A stretch of 64,000 nucleotides of DNA from Azolla caroliniana (Eukaryota > Plantae > Polypodiophyta). Location of the stretch: positions 15,624,001 to 15,688,000 of the forward strand of contig JBHGNT010000005.1 of the NCBI GenBank assembly GCA_043228905.1, given 5' to 3'. The notes beneath the pieces were generated by a model. That model was given only the letters and a program-made list of their open reading frames with translations. It was not told the DNA's origin and searched no databases. Position numbers and translations under genes: made by a program. Shown here in pieces: positions 23,160 to 36,740 of the stretch; within the stretch, counting starts at the first letter, position 1; each line of letters begins with the position of its first letter.

Positions 23160-26100
23160 TATACAAATAATTGGGGTTATCTCCCCCGTGAAAGTAGATT
23201 ACAAATCATTGTGTCAATTCTGATTATAGTGCAATGCTGCAAATTTACGACTCAGTCTAGGCTGAATATTGTCAGAATTGTGATGTGTGAGTGGTCGCGT
23301 GATAGGAAGCGCCCGAATATAAGAGTTATGTGCTCTATTCCTTAGTCATAAGTAGAACTTCTAATTCGACTACATTCTCAATGAATAGTATGTTCGGGTC
23401 ATCTATCAATACCTTGGTTGATGAGTCGACGTAGTTGACCTTGTTTTGTCGGCCACCCTCCGGATCAGCTCGCTGAGCTTTGTCATTCTTTGCTTTGAGG
23501 GCACCTCAGTCGGCCTTGATATGTCTAGGTTTTTTGCTATAATTTCATATCTGACTTTCTTTGTTGGGAAACAGGTCCCTCTGAATGGGATCCGGATGAG
23601 AACCGGACGAGTCGGAGCAGACAACGTGAAGGAAGAAACCGAACCGGATAGATCCGGAAGGTATCCTGTTGGACATATTTGTAATTATGTTCCGATGTGA
23701 CTGTTGAGGTTATAATGTTAAATAGCCCTAAAGTTATATGAGTATAAATATAACTAGGGCAACTGTGTAAGATATAGTGAGTTAGTCGAGAGTGTTGTTA
23801 TTGTTGTACACACAGTGAGAGACAGAGATAGGGAGAGAGATACAGGAAGAATTTTTTGTTCTAACCTCCGTTTGAGGAAGATACAAAGCTCGAGGTCGTT
23901 GCCTCTCAGACTCTTATTTGGAATACCTCTTACCTATAGTGATCCTATTCGGAGTTTTAAAAACTCTCGTGGTTTTTCCCGATTAGGGTTTTCCACGTTA
24001 ATATTCCGTGTCATCTCTTTTCATCTTATTGACTGCATTGTTACTTTCTGTTCAATCTTCCATTTTGAAGTTGCGGATCTCGGTTGTGGCCGAGCACTAT
24101 TTCTATCAATCTGGTATCAGAGCATGGAAGATCCATTCGGTGGCATGTTCAAGTTCACCGGCTTCAACTACCCAATATGGAAGTCAAAGATGGGGGACAT
24201 GTTGGTGTTCATAGATCTTTGGCTACCGGTACCGTTCAGAGATACAAAACCAGACAAGATCGATGCCACGACCTGGGAGTTCATGCACATGAAGACAATG
24301 ACATACATCCGATGCTTCATTAACATGAGCCTATACAATAACTTTAATGTAGAAAACAAGGCCAATCAGCTCTGGGAGAAGATTGACACGATGTTGGAGA
24401 ACAAGAACGCCGTAAATCGGGTCTCGATATTCCGGAAGATAGTGAGGCTCCAGTATCAAGATGGTGCCAACATGGCTGAGCAGATGAACACCTTCCATGG
24501 GATGATAAACCAGACCTCCTCCCTTGAAGTACCGTTAGCCGATGAGGTACTAGTATTGTTATTGCTCAGATCCCTCCAAGATAGCTGGGAGACGTTGGTT
24601 GTCACTTTGGGACATGCCAGACCAGAAGGAAAGAGCTTATCCCTGGCGAGAGTGAAGTCAAGTTTGCTAAATGAAGAAGCTCACCGGAAGGAATGAGAAT
24701 CCGGAACCGATCCGAAGGCCTTGGTTATAGAAGATGACAATAGCCGAGGAAGAGGCCAAAATCGGAGTCCCCAGAACCGAGAAAAGTCGAGCATGAGGTT
24801 AAAGTTAAGGGGGAGGCCCACGTGCTTCTATTATAGGAAGCCGGGGCACTTCCAGAAGATTTGTCGACACTTCCGGATGGAGAAAGGGGGAGCCGGGGCA
24901 CTTCCAGAGGAACGTCGGCAATCGTGACAAGTGAAGAGGAATTGTTGTTTATCACCGAAGAGAGTGACCTACATCTTGTTAGCGACGAAACGACGTGGGT
25001 GTTCGACTCTGGAGCGTCATTCCATCTGACCCCCGACCAGAAGTGCTTCTCATCCTACAGATCCAGAGATCATGGTTGTGTCCGGATGGGGAATGAAGAT
25101 GCATGCCGAATGTGAGCAATAGCGCGGAATAGTGCTTGGCCATAACTGAGCCTTAATCACTCGATGGAAGAAAACAGAGAATAGAAATAAGACGACACAA
25201 GATATTAACGTGGAAAACCCTGATCAGAAAACTACGGGAGCCCATAGAACCCAAACTATCCCTATGAGACGAAGAATACAATGCGAGACTCAAGGCAATG
25301 ACCTCGAGCTGTATGTCTTTGCCAACCAGTAGTTACAACAAAAAATAATAACAACTCCAACAACTACATATATCTCAAGTGATTGCCCTAAGTCATATTT
25401 ATACTTGTATGAGTTTAGGACTATTTACAGATATAGCCATGATAGACACTCTAGAAACATATTTACAGATATGTCCCTAGATCTGGTACACACCTGATTC
25501 ATCCGGATACCTTTCGGATCCGTCCGATCCGGTTCCTTCCTTTAGCTCGTCCTTTCCGTCTCCTCCGGTTCTCATCTAGATCCCATCCGGAGGGACCGAA
25601 TTCCCAACAAGCTCCCCCTACACTCCGGCATGGGATGCTTTGCCAATCCGATCCGTCTCCTGCACACATCCAACTTGTCGGCTGACAACACCTTGGTCAA
25701 CATGTCCGACCCGTTCTCCTCCGTATGGATCTTCGTCAGCAAGAATTCTCTATCTTCTACTTTTTCCCGGAGCCAGTGATATCTCCTCTGGATTGTGCTT
25801 TGTCCGAGAGTGGTAGGTTGCGTTCTTCGTAAGGTGGATTACACTTTGACCATCGCAGTAGAGCCGGAATTCCTCCTACCGGATCGCTCGCTCTCCGATG
25901 AAGTCCTTCATCCAAATTACCTCTTTGCCGGCTTCCACGTCTGCCATATACTCTGCTTCCGTTGTCGACAATGCAACGGACTTCTACAGCCTCGACTGCC
26001 ATGATACGACTCCCCTTGCATATGTCATAACGTATCCGGATGTAGATCAGCGGGTATCTACATCAGTTGACATGTCTGAATCCGTAAAACTTTCTAGCTA

Positions 26101-28361
26101 GAGTTTACCTGAGCCGAATCAGAGGCACACGCTCGAGGTGCCTTTTAAGTACCGGAGTATCCACTTGACCACGGTACAATGTTCTCTTCCTGGATTGCTC
26201 ATAAACCGGCTCACCACTCCGATTGCATATCCAATATCCGGTTGGGTACACACCATTGTGTACATTAAGCTTCCAACAACAGAGGCATATGGTATCTTCA
26301 TCATCTCTTACTTCTCCATCTTGGTCTTCGGACTTTGCTTTCTAGACAGCTTGCAATTCGCCGAAAGTGTTGACCCAACCAGCTTAGCATCCAACATGTT
26401 GAACCTTCGAAACACCTTTGTCATGTACTTTTCATGTGACAACCACAACTGCTTCTTCGACCGGTCCCGAATTATGTGCATCTCTAGGATCTGTCTCGTT
26501 GGACCCATATCTTTCATTGCGAATGACCGGTTCAAAGCCTTCTTCAGCATTCTGATTTTGATACAGTTCCGTCTGACAATCAATATGTCGTCCACATACA
26601 GCAGGAGTATCAGGAAGTCTCCTCTGTCGAACTTCTTCACAAATATGTAGTGGTCAGCCTACGTCTTGTGGTATCCTTGGTCGGTCATGAAGGAGTTGAA
26701 CTTCTGGTACCATTGCCGAGGAGCTTGCTTCAGTCTGTATAAGCTCTTCTTCAACCGGTATACCAGGTGCTCCTTCCCTTTCATGACAAACCCCTCCAGA
26801 TGTTGCATGTAGATCTCTTCTTCGAGGTCACCGTGCAGGAATGCCATATTAACGTCTAGCTGCTCGACCTCAAGGTCCATGCTTGCCGTAAAGCTCAACC
26901 CAGTCCGGATGGATGTCAACTTGACTACCGGGGCAAAGATCTCGTCGAAATCCACCCCCTTTTTCTGCTGGAAGCCCTTCACCATGATCCGGGCTTTGTA
27001 TCTCGTTGGACTTCTGGCGTCTCCAAGTTAGAGCTTGTACACCCACTTGTTCCTAAGTGTTGTCTTTTCTTTCAGCAACTCCATCAATTCATATGTCTGG
27101 TTCTCATGCACGGAATCCATCTCGTCCTACATGGCACTTAACCACTTGCGGTTGTGGGTGTCTTTCTTTGCTTCCTCGAAGCTTTCCAACTCCCCCTCGT
27201 CGATCAGCAACACATGCTTTGCATCCGGAAATCTTTGGGAGATGCCTTCTCTCTCTGAGAGGATATCTCCGTCCTTGATTTTCGACCACCAGTTCCTCCA
27301 TTTGTTCTTCATCCAAATTCGATTCGGGGTCTTGTTCGGTTTCAATGTCCGATTCTTTTTCTTCGACCGATTCGGTTTCTTGTCCGAATTTGGCCGGTTC
27401 TTTGAGTGTCATATGGCTTCCGGCGCAATGGGTCCTTGTGTCTTTCAACCGATCTTTGTCGGTCGACCTGGAGTCCACTATCTTCTTCTCCGACTCCCAG
27501 TTAGCAATTGTCTTGTCTTCCCTGAAGACTATGTCTCGACTCCGAAAGACCTTCTTGTCAACCAAGTCCCACACTCAGTACCCGAAGTCATCATCGCCGT
27601 ATCCAAGGAATATGCATGGCCGGGACTTCGGATCGAATTTCGTTCTCTTGTCCTTTGCAACATTTACATAAGCGAGACAACAGACCACCTTCAAATGCTA
27701 GTAAGACACATCTTTACTAGTCCATACTCTCTGCGGTGTGTCTCCGTCCAAGGGTGTTGAGGGTGTTCTGTTAATCACGTATGTCGCCATCATCAGCGCC
27801 TCAGCCCAAAACGTCTTGGGTAACTTGGCATGTACCAACATGCTCCAGACTCTCTTTATCGCAGTCCAGTTCATCCTTTTGACCAATCTGTTCAGCTCCG
27901 GTGTATTCGGCATGGTAAATTCAATCTAGATTCCCTTTGACTGGTAGTACTCCTCAAACTTCCCCCTCCGTTGTCCGCTCGAACTGCCTTCAACTTCCGG
28001 CTAGTTTCCCTTTCCACTCTCGCATGGAATTCCTTGATGCGGACAACACCTAAGCCTACTTCTTCAACTGTGAGACCCACAACTTCCGGTTGTGGTCATC
28101 TATGAACATCACGAAGTACTGTGATCCGGCATGTGACTTCCTGTCCACTTGGCATACATTGGTATGCACAATTTCCAACGATGCATTCCATCTTGACGGT
28201 CGTCGGGTTTGGAAGGAGGTTTGGTTCTGCTTGCCGGCCAAATAGTCAGTGCACTTCTCAAGCTACATGTCTTTCACCTCTGGAATAGATAGATAGATAG
28301 ATAGATTATATTATCGTCTTCGGAGATCAAATATGACCTATGAGACCAAAAATATTACATT

Positions 28362-31300
28362 TCACGTGATACGTGTGAAAGTGAGTAGTGACTCTCGATG
28401 TTCAAGAACTTTACCAAGGAATGTTGCAATCGAGAGTGCACATTGTGGTTGTGAGAGGAATTCATGCAAAGATTGGGCTCGATCGAAGAGATGTGGAAAG
28501 CATGGTCGAATATGATCAAAGGCAGAGCATTGTATCAAAGTGTGATACTCAGACTCGCGAACTTGTTTAGGGCAAAGTGTGCATAGCCGACCACTCTCAT
28601 CACTTGTACCCCAACGCCCTGTTTCACATCGCAATGCATGTGAGCTAAGTCGCATGGAAGCAATGGTTCGAATGGCAGATAACGGTATGGGCTCTAACAT
28701 GTATGGATGTGTACGATTTCCCCTTTCCGCGAAGAATATGGTTTTGTAGTTAGGTGCAACATGTGTAGTATAATGTGTGAAGCGTGAGCCTCCACATTTG
28801 TCCCATGTCATGATACATTGGCGTTGCAAAAATGCCTCATTTACAGAGGAATCTAATGATGCATCATGAAGCAAGTGTCTCGCATCCCATCTACCAAACC
28901 ATTTTTCTATATCTTGCATCCAACCGGAACACAAAATTTTGCTTTTATGCGTCTTTTGGATCTTTTTGCTTGCTTCCCACGCAATTCTAGGAAGTCGATG
29001 TGAGGGACTTTTTTGAACCTTAAGCATGTATTCAACAACCCTTTCCATGGCCATGATCTCAATGGGAAGCGATCCCGTCTCAAGGAGGAGGAGGGTGTAG
29101 GGCGTTTGTTTCTTAACTTGTAGAAACTTGGTAAGAAAATGCTTTTGGACATTTTCAAACTCTTTCCACATAGACTTAGGGATGCTACCACCCCAACACT
29201 TAATATCTCTTGAGGACCCAACACTTAATATCTCCAAGATTGCATGTGTTCTCAAATGCATAGTATGCTCGTTTGCCCGCCTCTAAGCGGCGTGTAGCAC
29301 ATTCATTCCATCTATGATTTGAAGGAACTTCAAGGCCAAGATATTTGAAGCTTTCCACACATTCAAGTGGCTCATTGTTGTACATAATGCATGGTTTATC
29401 TCTTTTTTGGCTCTTCACAAGCATAATCTTTGTTTTAGAGCTATTGACACTTAATTTAGTATGCATGCAAAATTTTTCCAATGCCTTCATAAGCTTTTGT
29501 GCATCTCCTAAAGTATTTGCAAAAAGCACTACATCATCTGCATATAGCAAAAGCATAATCACAACATTCCCAATGGCAACTTCTTCAACACATTCTTCCT
29601 TTGCAAACTTGGTAACCATTTCTTCCAATTCATCAATGCATAGACCAAATAGTGTTGGTGAGAGTGGGCATCCTTGCTTAACACCAATAGTGCTTTTGAA
29701 AAAATCTGAAAGTTTATCTCTCATGCGCACACAACATATAACCTTCTCATAAATTCGGGAAATTGCAAGCATATATTCACTTGGCACCTCAAGTTCTTCC
29801 ATTCGCCTCCAAAGATGCTCACGAGGTACCATATCAAAAGCTTTCTTGAAGTCTACAAAGCAACAATATAAACCTTTACCTCTAAGGCGACTTTCCTCCA
29901 TTAATACTCGAAGGGTGATAAGGTGATCAATGGTGCTATGGTGTTTCCGAAAGCCAGCTTGTCCATAAGCTCTCTTACCACTTTTTTCAGCCCATACACT
30001 TATCTTTGATTCCATTATACATCCAAATAGTTTTGCCATTAATGAGCCAACCATGATGGTTCGATAGTTGTTTACATTATTTATATCTCCACCTTTATGT
30101 AAAGGTTTGATCCAATTTGTAGTCCAATCGTACGGCATACCATGTTGCAATGCATCATTAAACATATCTCTTATCCATATATGTGCTTCCTTTCCCGTCC
30201 ATTTGAGCATTTCAGCCTTTATACATTGAAGATCGCTTGCCTTTCGAGAGGCCAATTTCTTAAGTCCTATGCATATATCTTCAATTGTAAAGAAGGAAGG
30301 CATATGTGAAAGAGAACCATAACACATCATCTTTCCGGCAAGAGATAACTCATATAAATTCTTACAATGCATAGACAAGTCATGAAGAGTTAAGTCACCA
30401 TAACTCTCAACACGTTTTCCCTTTAGATTTCCCCAAAATTTAGCACATGCATGTGCTTTCTCTTGCGTTTGGATAAATTGTTGAGTAACTTCCCATATTC
30501 TTCTCTTTCTTTGAATAAGCCTTTTATACTCATGCAAATGCTTTTGGTAATTCTCTTTATCCTTAACTACATCCAAAACCATAAGGCACTTTCGAGCTTC
30601 ACGACATTCTTTATCAAACCATTTTTTCCTAAGTTTCTTGGTGCATTTCCAAGATGTGCGGTTGGTCGAAAAACATTTGTTTGTACATGAGAGAATGACT
30701 TTCTTGAAAGCTTCCCATTTGCATTCTAGTGTGGCACCATGTTGTATCTTTGTCATTTGTAACATATCCTCAACCATCTTGGAATACATGGGTGCTCGCT
30801 TAAGGTTCATGCTCAAGTGCGGTTGTTTATTATCTTCAATAGCCTTCTCACAATCAAACCTATGCATACATTTGAGATCAATACATAAAGGCCTATGATC
30901 TGATTCCGGTGTCCATTCACCAAGTGAGAATTTATGTATACGATCCAAAATACCTTCGGAAAGTAGCACATAATCAATCACACTATTTCCGTTGTATTTT
31001 CTACATGTAAAACCATTAGTGTTGGGCCATAAGGAAATACCATTTGCAATAAGCAATCCGGTACTATTGCACATTTGTAGGAGTAACTTCCCAAATTGGT
31101 CCGGATCTTTTTCATCACTAGAAGAGCGGTTATACATTTGCATATCCTCTTGCATCCTTGAGATATGTGGCATGAAAGATTCTTGTGAATCAAGTTGGAA
31201 ACTTCGTGTACGAGCATTCATGTCACCAAAGACAATAACTTCCCCTTTGGATTTGAAATAAGCAATATCATCTTCTAGATTGGCAAACAGTTGATCTTTA

Positions 31301-31695
31301 TCCAAACACGCATAAAAGTTAGAATCTTGATGAGGAATGTAACATCCAACAACAAAAGTGGGCAAATCATTAGGTGTTTCTATTTTGAGCCATATGTAGC
31401 ATTTATTTTCATCATTTTTTATGATTGACACATATTTCTCTATTTCCTTCTTAATCAAACATGCCACCCCTCCTTGTCCTCTTCTTTGTCTTGGATTTTT
31501 CTTCCATATCAAAGAGTGTACATTATAGTTTCCTAAACCTTGAATCCTTTGAGTATCATGCTCCCATGTTTCAACAAGAAGTGTGATATCCGAGTCATTG
31601 GTGAACTCCTCTATGCCAAATCCCGCATTCCATGGGTATCCATTGCAGTTCCAAAAGCATAGTCGTAAAAGGCGTGGGTTAGTCTCATAGATCAC
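28362..31695 (-). pseudogene. LINE ORF2 (APE endonuclease, RT, C-terminal CCHC-like domain) with one frameshift scar near 29200
   Basis: WNCNG, LVETW, GDMNA, IDY, SDH (EN); VDFKKAFD, QGCPLSP, YADD, KYLG (RT); RLSSH..ETGRW, CTLC..H..C. The start codon is GTG here and ATG in the sister copy at 61361. Confidence 0.9.
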
Positions 31696-31701
31696 GTGTC
31701 C

Positions 31702-32571
31702 CTATTTGCCTACATTTCCATCTTTAGGCACATCCTTAACCTTGTTTTTCAATCTTTCTTCATATGCTTTACGACGAGCATTTTGTTGTGAGATAGTACG
31801 ATCTTCACTCACAAAGCATTGTGTACCTTTCAGGTATACCCAACTATTTTCGAGTATGATCCGCCGCTTTGTATCATCTGTCATTGTACATACAATAGGC
31901 CTTTCTCCGGAGCGAGTAACACCATGTTTCCCAACTCGGTGTGCCCCATATACATTCACATCTGACATCCCATAATGCATGCTAAAAAATTCACCAATGG
32001 CCTTTCCAAGGGATGCGGGTGTTTCCATACTCTCTTCTTTAATCCCACGGACGACAATGTTCTTTGATCGTCGTTCGCGTTCTTTCAATTCTCGGACATC
32101 TATGCTTTCTATATTCTTCTCTTGATGCATCACCTGCATATTAGATGAGTTTGATAACACATCCCCACCACATACATCGGCCCATGACTTCGTTGTACAT
32201 ACATTTTTCATCTCACTTACATCCCGCCTCATCGTGTCCAATTTTTCTTCTTTTAATGCTTCCTTTAACTCAATCTTGTTAAGGCGCTCATTTGTTTCAA
32301 ATGAAGCTCTTTTACATTCTTGAATCTCTTCTTGAAGTTTTGCAACCACTTGTTTAAGACTTTCATTCTCAATGACAACACTTTGGAGCTTAGTATTCTC
32401 TTTCATTAACATCCTAATCTCTTCACCTTGCTTGTTTATGGTTTCTTGAAGAGAAATCAAGTGACTCATAAGCATTTTGTCCATTGCATTAGAATCGATA
32501 TTTGTTGGTGATCTCGGCTCATTATCAATCATACCCCCAAACTTTGCGGCGGTTTTACGAGTATTTGCCAT
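31702..32571 (-). CDS. LINE ORF1 (coiled coil plus RRM-like nucleic-acid-binding domain)
   Basis: 289 aa open frame; RERRSKNIVVRGIKE...AHRVG...RPIV...VSEDRT motifs typical of LINE ORF1p. Confidence 0.85.
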   Translation of the reverse strand: MANTRKTAAKFGGMIDNEPRSPTNIDSNAMDKMLMSHLISLQETINKQGEEIRMLMKENTKLQSVVIENESLKQVVAKLQEEIQECKRASFETNERLNKIELKEALKEEKLDTMRRDVSEMKNVCTTKSWADVCGGDVLSNSSNMQVMHQEKNIESIDVRELKERERRSKNIVVRGIKEESMETPASLGKAIGEFFSMHYGMSDVNVYGAHRVGKHGVTRSGERPIVCTMTDDTKRRIILENSWVYLKGTQCFVSEDRTISQQNARRKAYEERLKNKVKDVPKDGNVGK

Positions 32572-35500
32572 TGTAGGGACAAACCGTACGGGAAAAGAGA
32601 GACAAAGAGGGAAGGAGAGAGAATATACCTTTCACTCGATTTAGGGCTTCAAAATCTACCTTCCGTTTGAGGAATCGTGGGGCAAAGATGGCTGCGGATG
32701 AAAATGCTCATAACTTCTCGCCACGTTAACAGAATTCAGTAAATGAACATTCTTTAGAAAGCTCTCTCAAAGAGCTTTCCAACGAGCTATAGAACGTAGA
32801 AAACGATGGCCGGAGTGAACTTACAGAGAGCTTTGAAAGAGAGAGAGAGAGAGAGAGAGAGAGGAACACAGAGAATACGCAAGGAATGAGGTTATCTTCG
32901 GCAAGTCTCTGCATTCCCTTCTGGCTCATGTGCCACAACCTCTTGTGCCACAACTCACTGGCATTGTAATCTGGGCATGCATCAAGTACAGAGTGTTGAT
33001 CTTCCAGGCTCAGGCCACAATCAAGCTTCCTTTGCTGAACTTCATGACTCTGTTCCCGATGCTACCCATGTAGCCTTCCTCATCTAGCCGATCGGCTGAT
33101 ATCAAGTTCAACCGACCCTACGGAATGTGTCGGACATCCTTCAACAACAACTTGCACCCGATTGACTTCATCAGCAACACATCTCCTATGCCGACAATTC
33201 GGCATGCACCTTCATTTCCCATCGGGACAGAACCGTGATCGCCGACTTTGTATGATGCGAAGCACTTCCGGTCGGGGGTCAGATGGAATGACACGCCGAA
33301 GTAGATCACCCATGTCATTTCATCGCTAACAAGATGCAACTCACTCTCCTCGGTGATTAGCAGCAGTTCTTCTTCACTTGTTGCGATTGTCAATGTTCCT
33401 TTCTGATCCAAACTCCTCTGGTCCGGACTCTTCTTCGAGTCGACATTGTCGGTTCCTTTCTTCTTACGGAAGTGTCGGCAATTCTTATGGACAAGCCTTG
33501 GCTTTCCGCAATAAAAGCAAGTGGGCCTCCCCCTTGGGTTCGACCTCATCCCCGATTTGTCCCGGTTTTGGGGACTCCGATTCTGGCCTCTTCCTCAGTT
33601 ATGGTCGTCTTCCATAACCAAGGCCTTCAGATCAGTTTTGGACTCCCAGTCCTTCCGGTGAGCTTCTTCATCCAGTAAGCTTGATTTTACCCTTGCCAGG
33701 GACAACTGTTTTCCTTCCGGCCCGGTGTTGCCCAATGTGACAACTAGCGTCTCCTAACTATCCCGGAGGGAACCAAGCAGGAGCAACACAAGTACCTCGT
33801 CGTCTAGAGGTACTTCCAGCGAGGTTGTTTGGTTTATGAGCCCCTGGAAAGCATTCAAGTGCTCTGCCATACTCGATTTGTCTTGATATCGGAGTCTCAC
33901 TAACTTCTGGAATACCGAAAGCTGATTTATGACGTTTTTATTCTCCAACATGGTACCGATTTTCTCCCAAAGCACATGAGCCTTGCTTTCTTCATTGAAG
34001 TTGTTGTACAGGCTCATGTCGATGAAACACCTAATCTATTCCATCGTCTTCATATGCATCACCTCCCACGTTGTGGCATCGATCTTGTCTGGTTTCTTGT
34101 CCCCGAGCTATACCGGAAGCCAAAGATCTTTGATCACAAGCATGTCCCTCATCTTCGACTTCCACACTGAATAGTTGGAGCCGGTGAGCTTGAACATGTT
34201 TCTGAATGAATCCACCATTTGTTGTTCACTCTGATACCAGTTTCTGAGGAATAGCGCGGAATAATGCTCAGCCACAACCGAGTCTTGATCACTTGATGGA
34301 AGAAAACAAAGAATTGAAAGAAGACGACACAAGATATTAACGTGGAAAACCCTGATCGAGAAAAACCACGAGAGCCCATAGAATCCAAACTGTCACTATG
34401 ACAGGAAGAATACAAATTGAGACTCAGAGGTAACGACCTCAAGCTCTATGTCTTTGCCAACCGGTAGTTACAACAGAAAATGCTTTCTGTTTCTATGTTG
34501 CTCTCTCTGTGTCTCTCTCTATACAATAATAACAACTCCAACAACTACATATATCTCAAGTGCCCTAAGTGATATTTATACTTTTATGACTTTAGGGCTA
34601 TTTACATATATAGCCATGATAGACACTCTAGAAACATATATACATATATGTCCCTGGATGCAATTCACACCGGATTCATCCGGATACGATACCTTCCGGA
34701 TCTGTCCAATCTGGTTCCATCCTTTGGCTCATCCAATCTAGCTTGTCCGGTTCTCATCCGGATCCCATCCGGAGGGATCGAATTCGCAACACCGAATTGT
34801 TGGCATAGGAGACGTATTGCTGATAACGTCAACCGGGTGCAAATTGTTGCTCAAAGTTGTCTGACACGTTCCAGAGGTTCGGTTGAACCTGATATCGGTC
34901 GGTCGGTTGGATTATGAAGGCTTCATGGGTAGCATCCGGAACAGATTTATGAAATTCGGCAAAGGAAGCTTGATCGTGACCCAAGCCCGAAAGATCAACA
35001 TGTTGTACTTGATGCATGCCAGGATATGTCGGGAAGAAGTGAACATGGTATCCAACACTGCTGGTGAGTTGTGGCACAATAGGTTGTGCCTCATGAGCCA
35101 GAAGGGAATGTGGAGACTTGCCAAAGATAACCTCATTCCGGAGGTGAAAGACGTGCAACTCTAGAAGTGCACAGATTGTTTGGTCAGCAAGCAGAACCGA
35201 ACCTCTTTCCGGTCGAGACCACCGTCAAGATGGAAAGAACCACTAGCGCTTGTGCATACCGATGTATACTAGGTGGACACGAAGTCACATGCTGAGCCGT
35301 AGTACTTCGTGACGTTCATAGATGACCACAACCGGAAGCTATGGGTCTCACCACTGAAGACGAAGGATCAAGTACTGACCATCTTCAAGGAGCTCCATGC
35401 AAGAGTGGAAAGAGAAACCGGCCGGAAGCTGAAGGCAATTCGAGTCGACAATGGTGGAGAGTACCGGGAGCAATTCAAGGAGTACTGTGAGTCGAATTTA

Positions 35501-36740
35501 TCATGCCGAAGGCAACGGATCTAAACGGATTGGCTAAAAGGATGAACCAGACTATGATGGAGAGAATCGAAGTATGTTGGCACATGTTAAGTTGTCCAAC
35601 ACATTTTGGGCTGAGGCACTGATGACGGTGACCTATCTAATAAATCGATCACCCTCAACACCCTTGGACAGAGACGCACTAGATAGAGTATGGACCAGTA
35701 AAGACATGTCTTACCGGCATCTGAAGGTATTCAGCTGTCTCGCCTACGTGCATGTAGCAAAGGACAAGAGAGTGAAATTGCACCCGAAATCCCGAATGTG
35801 CATATTCCTTGGATACGACGATGATGAGTTCGGTTACCGAGTATGGAACTTGGTCAACAAGAAGGTTTTCCAGGAGTTGAGACATAGTCTTCATGGAAGA
35901 CAAAACCATTGTCGATTGGGAGTCAGAGAAGAAGATAGTGGACTCTGGGTTGACCATCAAAGATCGGTTGGAAGATGCTACGACACATCCAATCGGAAGT
36001 CGGATGTCAACCGAAGACCATGCTGAACCGGTTGGATTCGAACAAAGAACCGAATCGATCGAAGAAGAAGAATCAGACACCGGAACCGGACAAGATCCCA
36101 AATCAAATTTGGATGAAGAACAGATAGAGGAACCGGTGGTCAGAACTAAGGACCGAGATACCCTCTAAGAGAGAGAAGGGTCCCCTGGAGATTTTCGGAA
36201 GAAGAGTGAATACTGTTGACCGACGTTGTCGTGAAGATTTTCGGCAATAGTGTGAAAATCCCATAAAACGTACAAAATCGAGTATAAATCACATAATACA
36301 ATAATTGTGAAGATAACATTTTAAATAAATTTAATATCTAAGTACAAAATGATGGAGGTTTCGAATGCACTTTATTACACGAGAAATGGACAACTAAATG
36401 TCAAGATATGAGGGTATAAAGTTTGTGAAAGGAAAAAAGAAAATTGTGAGATATCCCACATAGGCACGACAAATACGGCTCTCATCATATATAAGGTGGA
36501 GCAAAAGATATTATCTTTGTGTCTATGTGTGGAGCATAGAGAAATCAAGGTAACTTGAACTAAGAGTGGAGATGGGCTAGCTACTCGTAAAGGGTTTTGG
36601 CCAACCAAAACCAGACCGGAGATGGAGCCGGTGATCCGACGCCAGTGAGACACCAACATCCGACGGCGAGGCGGCATCCGACGAACTGGCGTCCGGCGAC
36701 TAGATAAATAAATATATAAATATATATACATATACAAGGA

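Larger units (their letters stand above)
28287..32882 (-). mobile_element. Full-length non-LTR retrotransposon (RTEX/CR1-L2-like LINE) with (CTAT)n tail
   Basis: TSD GGAAT (28282-28286 and 32883-32887) restores the Copia G sequence; 5'UTR with (CT)n; ORF1 and ORF2; tandem tetranucleotide tail. Confidence 0.93.
25111..34791 (-). mobile_element. Ty1/Copia element G (same family as F), decayed
   Basis: LTRs about 34243-34791 and 25111-25609; PBS TGGTATCAGAG; PPT AGGGGGAGC; TSD CCGAA (25106-25110 and 34792-34796); gag, PR, IN, RT (LLYVDD) and RH fragments. Confidence 0.93.

Noticed and set aside
23160-23561. Unassigned segment with a PPT-like run and a short minus-strand ORF
   Set aside because: No recognisable domain or termini; probably another TE remnant, but I cannot support a call.
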